Part shown: one piece after another, positions 17,915-25,117 of the stretch
How positions within the stretch are numbered: position 1 is the first letter of the stretch
Layout of the letters: each line of letters begins with the position of its first letter
Assembly: GCA_019057375.1 (NCBI GenBank)
Contig: DXJF01000089.1
Coordinates: forward strand, 1-40,323
Direction of reading: 5' to 3'
Source: Candidatus Heimdallarchaeota archaeon
GTDB taxonomy: Archaea > Asgardarchaeota > Heimdallarchaeia > Heimdallarchaeales > Heimdallarchaeaceae
DNA length: 40,323 bases
Position numbers and translations under genes: made by a program
Notes under the pieces: generated by a model
The model's database searches: none
Seen by the model: the letters and a program-made list of their open reading frames with translations, nothing else
What the model was told of the DNA's origin: nothing

Positions 17915-19360
17915 TTATCTTCTCTTCTTTAGAATTGAACAAGCAACTCTCCAACTTGCATCTATTATTGATGTAAATCCTCCTCCTGGTACAGACCAAG
18001 CAGAAGCAAAATATAGATTCTTAATTGGAGAAATCAAAGGATACTTTCTTACCTGTAAAGGATTCCTAGTGAATCCTATAATAGAACCTTTTGGATTTCT
18101 AGTATATCTTTCCATAGTTTTTGGTGTTGCAACACTAATATACTCAATATGATCTTTTACACCAGGAATCAACATCTCAAGTTTATCAATGAAAATTCCT
18201 TCAATCTCCTTTTTCTTTGTATAATAATCCTCGTTACTCAAATTTTCCCAATTATGCATGTAATCTACTATACTAATAACACCAGTACTCTTTCCGAAAG
18301 GAGCCATACCAGTATCTGTCTGCCCATAGTCTACAAAAATGAAATTCTTCTGAGAATGCTTACTATTATTGTTTTCATAGATGTCTTTCAAACCATATAC
18401 ACTTTTATGATTAACAACTGTAAGATAATTCTTATGACCTAATTTATCTAAAGTGGTATCAAAGCCGAAATAAATGTTCACTGCTGAATGTCCAACTTTA
18501 AGATGATTCATCATTTCTTGAAGTTTTACAGCATTCTCACTTTCAGAAGATAGTAATTTCGCAGCTACAGGGAGAGGAGCATTAACAATTACATTTTTAG
18601 CTATAACTTTGATTGGTTCTGCGTCATCATCAGATGTTGATCTATACATAATTCCTTCAGCTGCGTCTTTGTCTGGATTAATCAATATTTTTGTTACTTC
18701 ATTTCCTAAGAGAATTTTACCTTCATGCTCTTTGATATAATTTGCTAGGTAATCAGTTAGTTTTACAGATCCTCCTTTGATATAGTGATTTCCTCCCTTG
18801 TAATTTCGTGCTAATGCTGCTCCAAATGATAAAGCAGACAAAGTATAAGGATCATCTCCATAATATTGGATAGTTCCTATCAAAGCGAGTTTGAGATCAT
18901 TACTTTTGATCAATGAATCTAACATTTCACCAGCTGTTTTATTTTTCCATTCAGAAGAGAAAATATCTTCAATTATTCTAAAAAACTCGACAATTCCTTT
19001 TTTCTCTTTAGGGAAATTTTCAGTAAGTACTTCAATAGCTTCATATGTTGTGTGAGGGATTGAGAAATCAAATCTGTTATTTACATATCTATAATACTCT
19101 GATGGTAGAGCAACAAATTCAAGATTAAAATAAACATCCAAATCCTCAAAGACTTTGATTTTTGGATCTTGAATATAAAGACCGTCCATTGAATGAAATC
19201 CAACATCAATTGTAAAGTTATTTTGAGTGAAACAAGTAGCAAATCCACCTATACTGGTGTGTTGTTCAACAATTAGGATTTTTCTTCCTTCCTTTGCTAG
19301 CTTTGCACCAGCTATTAACCCACCTAAGCCAGAACCAATGATAGCAACATCATAACTCAT
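17915..19360 (-). CDS. Phytoene desaturase (CrtI)/retinol saturase-like FAD-dependent oxidoreductase, paralog 1
   Basis: IIGSGLGGL, EQHTSIGG, YIKGGS, TPKTMERYTRNPKGSIIG, LYFASAWSVPGGG. Confidence 0.85.
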   Translation of the reverse strand: MSYDVAIIGSGLGGLIAGAKLAKEGRKILIVEQHTSIGGFATCFTQNNFTIDVGFHSMDGLYIQDPKIKVFEDLDVYFNLEFVALPSEYYRYVNNRFDFSIPHTTYEAIEVLTENFPKEKKGIVEFFRIIEDIFSSEWKNKTAGEMLDSLIKSNDLKLALIGTIQYYGDDPYTLSALSFGAALARNYKGGNHYIKGGSVKLTDYLANYIKEHEGKILLGNEVTKILINPDKDAAEGIMYRSTSDDDAEPIKVIAKNVIVNAPLPVAAKLLSSESENAVKLQEMMNHLKVGHSAVNIYFGFDTTLDKLGHKNYLTVVNHKSVYGLKDIYENNNSKHSQKNFIFVDYGQTDTGMAPFGKSTGVISIVDYMHNWENLSNEDYYTKKKEIEGIFIDKLEMLIPGVKDHIEYISVATPKTMERYTRNPKGSIIGFTRNPLQVRKYPLISPIKNLYFASAWSVPGGGFTSIIDASWRVACSILKKRR

Positions 19361-19476
19361 TGTTATCTTGTGATAGGCATTGTTTATTATTTTTGTGTTA
19401 GAATTACTAAAAATATTTGCAAATCCATAATTATTTCATCTCGTATTGCTAATTTTCTGAAAGATTTAAATTAATC

Positions 19477-20583
19477 ATGTTTAAATGGGTTATTATGAAA
19501 ATTACTTTTCTTCCATCTGATTATTTGATAAATGTTTTAAGAAATCTAGAAGATATACAGAGAGTAGAGTCGAGTTTCTTCTTAAGAGCTGTTAAGATTA
19601 AAAATCATTCATCTAAAAAGATTCAATTAATTAAGTATCAATTTGATATTCAGAGAGATTCTAAAATTCTGAAAACAATAAGCTATGATAAAGAAATGAT
19701 TAAAAAGAAAGCAGAAGACGTAAGTGGTTTAATTGATGCACTGACACATCCAGATTTAGCAAAGCTTATTCTAGGAACAGCTGAATTCTGGAATAAAGAG
19801 AATCTTTCAATCAATGAACTTGAGCAGAATCAAGAAACAGGTTTGAGATTAGAACATTTCGTATATATGGACAAAGAACCAGTAGATCAGTTAACATTCA
19901 CGGTATTTTACACTGAGAACAGTGAAGAGAAGAAAGAAGAAATAATAATACCTTTGAAGCAATACACGTGTAAAAATCATTATATTTTTCCACTTAAAGG
20001 AGCATGGATACCTGTCAATACATTCGATAATCCTTATCAACATAGAAGAATGCATTCACAGGAATTTGGTTTTGATTTAGTAAAAGTAGATAAAGATATG
20101 AATTTGAGCACTAACTCTGGAAAGAAAAATGAGATGTTCTCATTTTATGGTGAAGAAGTTATTGCAATTGCTGATGGGGTTGTTGTAGACTCTTTTGATC
20201 AATTACCTGATAATCCTGCAGCTGGAGAGTTGTTACCTGAAGAAGATTTAGGGAAAATAATCATGGAATTAGGATATCTGCCAATTGCAGCTGGAAATTA
20301 CGTTGTTATTGAACACCCAGATAAAGAATATTCATTTTATGCTCATTTGATTCCAAATAGTCTCAAAGTAAAAAACGGCGAGAAAATTAAACAAGGTCAA
20401 GTTATCGGTCTCCTCGGGAATTCTGGTAACTCAACTGCACCTCACCTTCATTTTCAATTGATGCAAGGTCCAAATCCTTTAACTGCCAGAGGATTACCCT
20501 GTAAGTTTACCAATCTTACTGGATTAGAAGGAGAAAAAATTAAAATAATAGATAAAAATTTCTCGATAATTTATGCGAACTGA
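19477..20583 (+). CDS. M23 family metallopeptidase (C-terminal domain) with an unknown N-terminal domain
   Basis: HRRMHSQEFGFD, VIAIADGVV, GNYVVIEH, FYAHL, LGNSGNSTAPHLHFQ. The start may be the ATG at 19495. Confidence 0.85.
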   Translation: MFKWVIMKITFLPSDYLINVLRNLEDIQRVESSFFLRAVKIKNHSSKKIQLIKYQFDIQRDSKILKTISYDKEMIKKKAEDVSGLIDALTHPDLAKLILGTAEFWNKENLSINELEQNQETGLRLEHFVYMDKEPVDQLTFTVFYTENSEEKKEEIIIPLKQYTCKNHYIFPLKGAWIPVNTFDNPYQHRRMHSQEFGFDLVKVDKDMNLSTNSGKKNEMFSFYGEEVIAIADGVVVDSFDQLPDNPAAGELLPEEDLGKIIMELGYLPIAAGNYVVIEHPDKEYSFYAHLIPNSLKVKNGEKIKQGQVIGLLGNSGNSTAPHLHFQLMQGPNPLTARGLPCKFTNLTGLEGEKIKIIDKNFSIIYAN

Positions 20584-20646
20584 TAGGAGTTAAACATCTT
20601 TCTACAAAAGCAGAGTTGTATAAGTAAAAGGTGGTATAGATACTTC

Positions 20647-21090
20647 TCATAATTTTTCATGCTTTTCGAGATTTTGCATAATTCTAATTAATTTCTCTTC
20701 GATTTCCCTAATCTCGTCACTTGAAAAACCTTCAAAATAAATCTTACTCATCTCCATTACAATGTCATAGTAGATTTTGAAATTTTCATGGAATTTATTT
20801 TTTAGTTTTATCAAATACTTTCTTCTATCCTCCCTTGTGTGAATCCGTTCAATAAGATTTTTAGATTCTAATTTATCCAATACAGATGTTAGAGTAGAAT
20901 TGCTTAATGAAGTTCTTTCAGATAATTCTTGTATTGATATTAGATCTTGTTCTTTTAAAGCGAATAATACTCTTCCTTGAGAAGGGTTCAAATCAATGAG
21001 ATTGTGTTCTCTCAATTTCCGAGTAAATAATCTGTCTGAGCTTTGATGAATTTTTGCAATAAATAACCCAACTTTAGATGGAGAATTCAT
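20647..21090 (-). CDS. MarR family transcriptional regulator
   Basis: LNPSQGRVLFAL, ISIQELSERTSLSNSTLTSVLDKLESKNLIER, EDRR. Confidence 0.9.
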   Translation of the reverse strand: MNSPSKVGLFIAKIHQSSDRLFTRKLREHNLIDLNPSQGRVLFALKEQDLISIQELSERTSLSNSTLTSVLDKLESKNLIERIHTREDRRKYLIKLKNKFHENFKIYYDIVMEMSKIYFEGFSSDEIREIEEKLIRIMQNLEKHEKL

Positions 21091-21121
21091 AACAATTCTT
21101 AGTTCATTTGTGCATATAAAT

Positions 21122-21156
21122 ATATTTCGTATACATAAATTTCGAATGCGAAATAT
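21122..21156. promoter_or_regulatory. Putative MarR operator between divergent promoters
   Basis: Palindrome ATTTCG-aatg-CGAAAT at 21139-21154, second ATTTCG half-site at 21124-21129, outer inverted repeat ATATTTCG/CGAAATAT (21122-21129/21149-21156); flanked by TATA-like TTTATATG (- strand, 21113-21120) and TTTTTAAA (+ strand, 21156-21163). Confidence 0.65.
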
Positions 21157-21185
21157 TTTTAAAGTTTATCATTCTTCTTTGGTAG

Positions 21186-22043
21186 GTGAAAACTATTTCT
21201 AAAATTCTAGTAACAGGTGCAACTGGAAATGTGGGGAGAGAAGTTGTTAAATTTCTAAAAGAGAAAAAAACTACAATCTTTGCAGCAGATTTACATAAAG
21301 AATCTGTGAGTTTAATGTTTGGAGAGGGAGTTGGATTTAGAAAACTAGATTTCTACGATGAAAGTACTTTTGAGCAAGCTCTTGATGGAATTGATATTGT
21401 ATTTCTAATGAGACCTCCACAAATAGGTGATGTAAAGACATACATGTTTCCTTTCATAGATCTTATGAAAGAAAAAAAAATCAAATTAGTAGTTACTCTT
21501 TCTATTGCAGATGCTAATCCAATGGTTCCACATTATAAGATTGAAAATTATATCAAAAAGATAGGAATCACATATACACACATTAGAGCAGGATATTTTA
21601 TGCAGAATCTATCTACAACACATAAAGAAGTTATTCAGAAAGAGAAGGATTTATTCATTCCTGCTGGAAATGCAAAATTTAGTTTTACCGATGTTAAAGA
21701 TATTGGAGAAGTAGCAGCATTTATCTTATTTAATGGTGGATATAATAATCAGACCATACACATAACAGGATCCGAAGTTTATGATTTATCTGAAGTTGCT
21801 AAAATGATGTCAGAAATATTAAAACTCTCTTTTACATATAGTAATCCTTCAGGAAAAGCATTTAAGAAAAAAATGAATGATTATGGTATTTCGAAAGAGA
21901 TGATCAGGATTATGAGATTGATTTATTTTGGAGCTAGAGTCAAAAAATCAGACACTATCTATACTGATTTCGAAAGAATAATGAAAAAAAAACCAAGAAC
22001 ATTAGAACAGTACATAGTAGAATATAGTGATTCATGGAAATAA
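21186..22043 (+). CDS. NmrA-like/atypical SDR NAD(P)-binding protein
   Basis: ILVTGATGNVG, ALDGIDIVFL, HYKIENYI, YFMQN, DVKDIG; GTG start. Confidence 0.88.
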   Translation: MKTISKILVTGATGNVGREVVKFLKEKKTTIFAADLHKESVSLMFGEGVGFRKLDFYDESTFEQALDGIDIVFLMRPPQIGDVKTYMFPFIDLMKEKKIKLVVTLSIADANPMVPHYKIENYIKKIGITYTHIRAGYFMQNLSTTHKEVIQKEKDLFIPAGNAKFSFTDVKDIGEVAAFILFNGGYNNQTIHITGSEVYDLSEVAKMMSEILKLSFTYSNPSGKAFKKKMNDYGISKEMIRIMRLIYFGARVKKSDTIYTDFERIMKKKPRTLEQYIVEYSDSWK

Positions 22044-22062
22044 AGAAGAAAAGGATAAATTT

Positions 22063-23580
22063 TTAGAATTCATCTAGCACATTGAGTACGCATTGCCATC
22101 CTGATAAAATTGTAGATGAATAACCACCACCTGGGAAGGTCCAAGCTGATGTGAAATATAAATTCCTGATCGAAGATTTGACTTTAAAGCGTTTCATTCC
22201 AGCTTGACTTCTGGTTTGAGCAAAACCAATGGAGGTTCCGTTAGGATTTAGTGTATTATTCTTTTTAGTAAGAGGAGTAGATATATTTACATACTCAATG
22301 TAATTTTTTACACCAGGAATAAGAGTATCCAAGCGATTCATAAAGATATTTGTTATTTCTTGTTTCTTGTAAGTATATTCATCCTCGGTTAAACCTTCCC
22401 AATTCTCCAAATAATCTATTACACAAATAGTTCCTGTAGTTTTTCCAAGAGGTGTCAATCCTGAATCAATTTGTCCATAATCAATGAAAATATAATTTCT
22501 GTTCGAGTAATCCTGTTTGTTATTAGCTTCAAGATCAGCAAGAGAGTTTATTCCCTCAACATTAACAACTGTAGTATAGCTATTATGTCCTAAATCTTTT
22601 AAAGATTTATTGAAACATAGATAGATATTCAGAGTAGAATGACCAACCTCCAATTTGTTTACTTTATCCTTAAGAGACCGAGCATGTTTATCTGAAATTA
22701 ACTCATTTATCGCATAAGGTACAGCTGCGTTAACAATAACAAATTTCCCAATTACTTGAACTGGTTCCAAATTTTCTCTTTCTTTATTTTCATATTCAAC
22801 ACCGTAAGCTCTATTACCTTTTACAAGAATCTTTGTTACTCTTCTGTTGAATAATATATCTCCACCTTTTTCTTTGATGAAATCTGCTAGATGATTTGAT
22901 AGCCTTACAGATCCCCCTTTTATATAATGCGTTCCTCCTTTGAATCTTGAAGAAAGAGCAAGAGCAAAAATAATTGCAGATAACTTGTATGGATCATCGC
23001 TATAATATTGCAAAGTTCCAGCTAAAGCAAGTTTCAAATCTTCATTCTCAAATATCGAATCTAGAAGGTCTCCTGCCGTCTTTCCCCCCCATTTAGGTAT
23101 ACTTGAGTATAGAATAGGTACTAGGGGACCAATAAGAGCTTGTTTTACTTTAGATGTTGGAATACTATGAGTATCTTCTGTTAAATCAGATAAAGTTTTG
23201 AAGAATTTCTCAAGGTTACTCTTCTCTGTAGGATAAAGCTCGGAAAGTGTAGAAATTGCATCTTCTACTTTGTCTGGTATATTAAAATCAACTCTGCTAT
23301 TCTTATAACGATAGTAGCCTGTTGTAATTTTAACAAACTCGATATTGAAAACAACATCCAATTCTTCAAATATTTTGATTTTTGGATCTAACTCATAAAG
23401 ACCATCCATGGAGTGAAGACTTAAGTCTACTTGGTAATCACCTCTGATATAACCTGCTGCGTAACCGCCAGAGGTAATATGTTGTTCCAAAATCAACACT
23501 TTCTTACTTTCTTTAGCTAATTTAGCACCTGCTACTAAACCAGCTAATCCTGAACCAACAATAATTGCATCATAATCCAT
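22063..23580 (-). CDS. Phytoene desaturase (CrtI)/retinol saturase-like FAD-dependent oxidoreductase, paralog 2
   Basis: IVGSGLAGL, EQHITSGG, YIKGGS, STPLT...NPNGTSIG, LYFTSAWTFPGGG; collinear with 17915-19360. Confidence 0.87.
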   Translation of the reverse strand: MDYDAIIVGSGLAGLVAGAKLAKESKKVLILEQHITSGGYAAGYIRGDYQVDLSLHSMDGLYELDPKIKIFEELDVVFNIEFVKITTGYYRYKNSRVDFNIPDKVEDAISTLSELYPTEKSNLEKFFKTLSDLTEDTHSIPTSKVKQALIGPLVPILYSSIPKWGGKTAGDLLDSIFENEDLKLALAGTLQYYSDDPYKLSAIIFALALSSRFKGGTHYIKGGSVRLSNHLADFIKEKGGDILFNRRVTKILVKGNRAYGVEYENKERENLEPVQVIGKFVIVNAAVPYAINELISDKHARSLKDKVNKLEVGHSTLNIYLCFNKSLKDLGHNSYTTVVNVEGINSLADLEANNKQDYSNRNYIFIDYGQIDSGLTPLGKTTGTICVIDYLENWEGLTEDEYTYKKQEITNIFMNRLDTLIPGVKNYIEYVNISTPLTKKNNTLNPNGTSIGFAQTRSQAGMKRFKVKSSIRNLYFTSAWTFPGGGYSSTILSGWQCVLNVLDEF

Positions 23581-23652
23581 ATCTAACCCGTGTTGTTAGT
23601 TGCTTATTATTCTTTTGTAGTAAAAATTGAATTTCATTTTGCTGCAAACAAG

Positions 23653-23752
23653 CTTACCTTATCAGAATGTGCCCTATTCAATAAGGTAGGGGAGTCAAGT
23701 TTCAGACCTATAATAAACTAACCCCCATCATCCAAGAAGGAGACCTTCAGAC
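23653..23752 (+). other. GC-enriched intergenic stretch with stem-loops (possible ncRNA or IS-end remnant)
   Basis: CTTACCTTAT 23653-23662 pairs with ATAAGGTAGG 23681-23690 (one G-U), inner GAAT/ATTC stem, GAAGG-aga-CCTTC at 23736-23748, and a TTCAGAC direct repeat at 23701 and 23746. Confidence 0.4.
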
Positions 23753-23847
23753 AATATATCTAGAATATTTTTCGGTTTTGGTTCTAACTAAAATTTTAAC
23801 CTAACACTGTTCAAATAGGAATATCACAAATATTTTATAATGAAAAA

Positions 23848-25098
23848 ATGAAAGAAAACGTGAAGCTTATGTATGCAGGAGAGAATAAATTAGAGTCTAA
23901 AATCGTAGTACTAGGGTTATCCCAATCTGGAAAGACTTCCATTCGACAAGTTGTTTTCGAAGGTTTTTCACCTGAAGCAACATCTATGAATCCAGCAACT
24001 GTACGTATCAACAGAAAACTGTTCAACCTTGCAGGGAGTGCCATAAACTTGTTCGATGTTGGTGGTCAATCTAATTATTTGAATGAAGTTTTTGAGCAAT
24101 ATAAAGAAAGAACTTTCAGTGACACCAAAGCTTTCATTTTCGTAGTTGATATATCCGATGCATCCAACATTATGAGATCCAAGTATTATTTCGATCTAAC
24201 TATGGAAAATGCAGTCAAATTAGCTGAAGGATCTAAAATTTATGTTTTTGCACATAAGATGGATGTTGTTGCACCCAATAAACGAGAACCTGTTTTACTA
24301 TCTATTAAGGATATTTTTGAGATAGACGATTTCCCAAATGCAGAATTGTTAGGTACTTCAATCTTTGAAGAAACAATCTGGGATGCAATGCAGCAAGTAT
24401 TAGCCTATGTTTATCCAAAAGATGACAAAAAATCTGTTAAAATAAAAGAAACTTTCAGCAAGCAAGATTTAGCATTTCTTTCTCTTTCAACAGCTCAAGG
24501 ACTAATGTTATATTCTCAACCTGAAAGATATACAGGCTTCAATTTTGTTAAACTTAAGAACGATTTAGCGAAGATGTTTTCTCAAACCTTGGTGCTGGAG
24601 TATGCTACTTTCTCTTTTGATGAAAGCCGAGTTTACATGAGGGAGATTGATGCAGATTTAATTTTAACAACTGTTTTTCCACCTAATTTAGATGTAGATA
24701 GAGAAATAGAGTATTTTAACACACTGGCTTCAGAAATGAAGCAATTATTCCAAACTGATGAACTAATTGGTCGTGCTAGAATCAAGATGAAAGGAGCTTT
24801 AGAAGATTATCTCCTAAAGAATGGAATTGAGAAATCAGATCTACTCGAAAGAAGGATTGAACAAAATATTAATTACAGATGCGATGTTTGTGGAAGAAAC
24901 CTCCAGAAATCCATTATAGATGTAGCTGTAGAGAGTGCTGAACAGTTAGAAAGAGGAATAAAAATCCAAAAAGGTTTTGGAGCGATATCAGTTGAACTAT
25001 TCCCATCACATGAATGCGTTGAAGGGATAAGAGAAGTACCTATCTTCCTTGATGGTCAATTAGAATATCGCCGTTATGATGATAGCAGACCTGTATAA
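23848..25098 (+). CDS. Rag/Gtr-like GTPase with roadblock/longin-like middle domain and C-terminal CxxC...HxC domain
   Basis: GLSQSGKTSIRQVVF, PAT switch I, FDVGGQSNYLNEVF, Rag-type G4 HKMD, G5 TSIF; FLSLSTAQGLMLYS...LILTTVF; CDVC...HEC. Confidence 0.85.
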   Translation: MKENVKLMYAGENKLESKIVVLGLSQSGKTSIRQVVFEGFSPEATSMNPATVRINRKLFNLAGSAINLFDVGGQSNYLNEVFEQYKERTFSDTKAFIFVVDISDASNIMRSKYYFDLTMENAVKLAEGSKIYVFAHKMDVVAPNKREPVLLSIKDIFEIDDFPNAELLGTSIFEETIWDAMQQVLAYVYPKDDKKSVKIKETFSKQDLAFLSLSTAQGLMLYSQPERYTGFNFVKLKNDLAKMFSQTLVLEYATFSFDESRVYMREIDADLILTTVFPPNLDVDREIEYFNTLASEMKQLFQTDELIGRARIKMKGALEDYLLKNGIEKSDLLERRIEQNINYRCDVCGRNLQKSIIDVAVESAEQLERGIKIQKGFGAISVELFPSHECVEGIREVPIFLDGQLEYRRYDDSRPV

Positions 25099-25117
25099 AT
25101 ATAATTTCAAAAGAAGT

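Noticed and set aside
21471-21481. Homopolymer runs (A9 in the NmrA-like gene, A8 near 16933, C7 near 23084) as phase-variation or frameshift sites
   Set aside because: The reading frames are intact across them, and such runs are expected from Lys/Gly codons in AT-rich DNA.
23660-23735. Box C/D sRNA on the minus strand (ATGATGG ... CTGA ... CTGA)
   Set aside because: Box C is imperfect, there is no convincing C' box, and guide spacings are longer than typical archaeal C/D RNAs.
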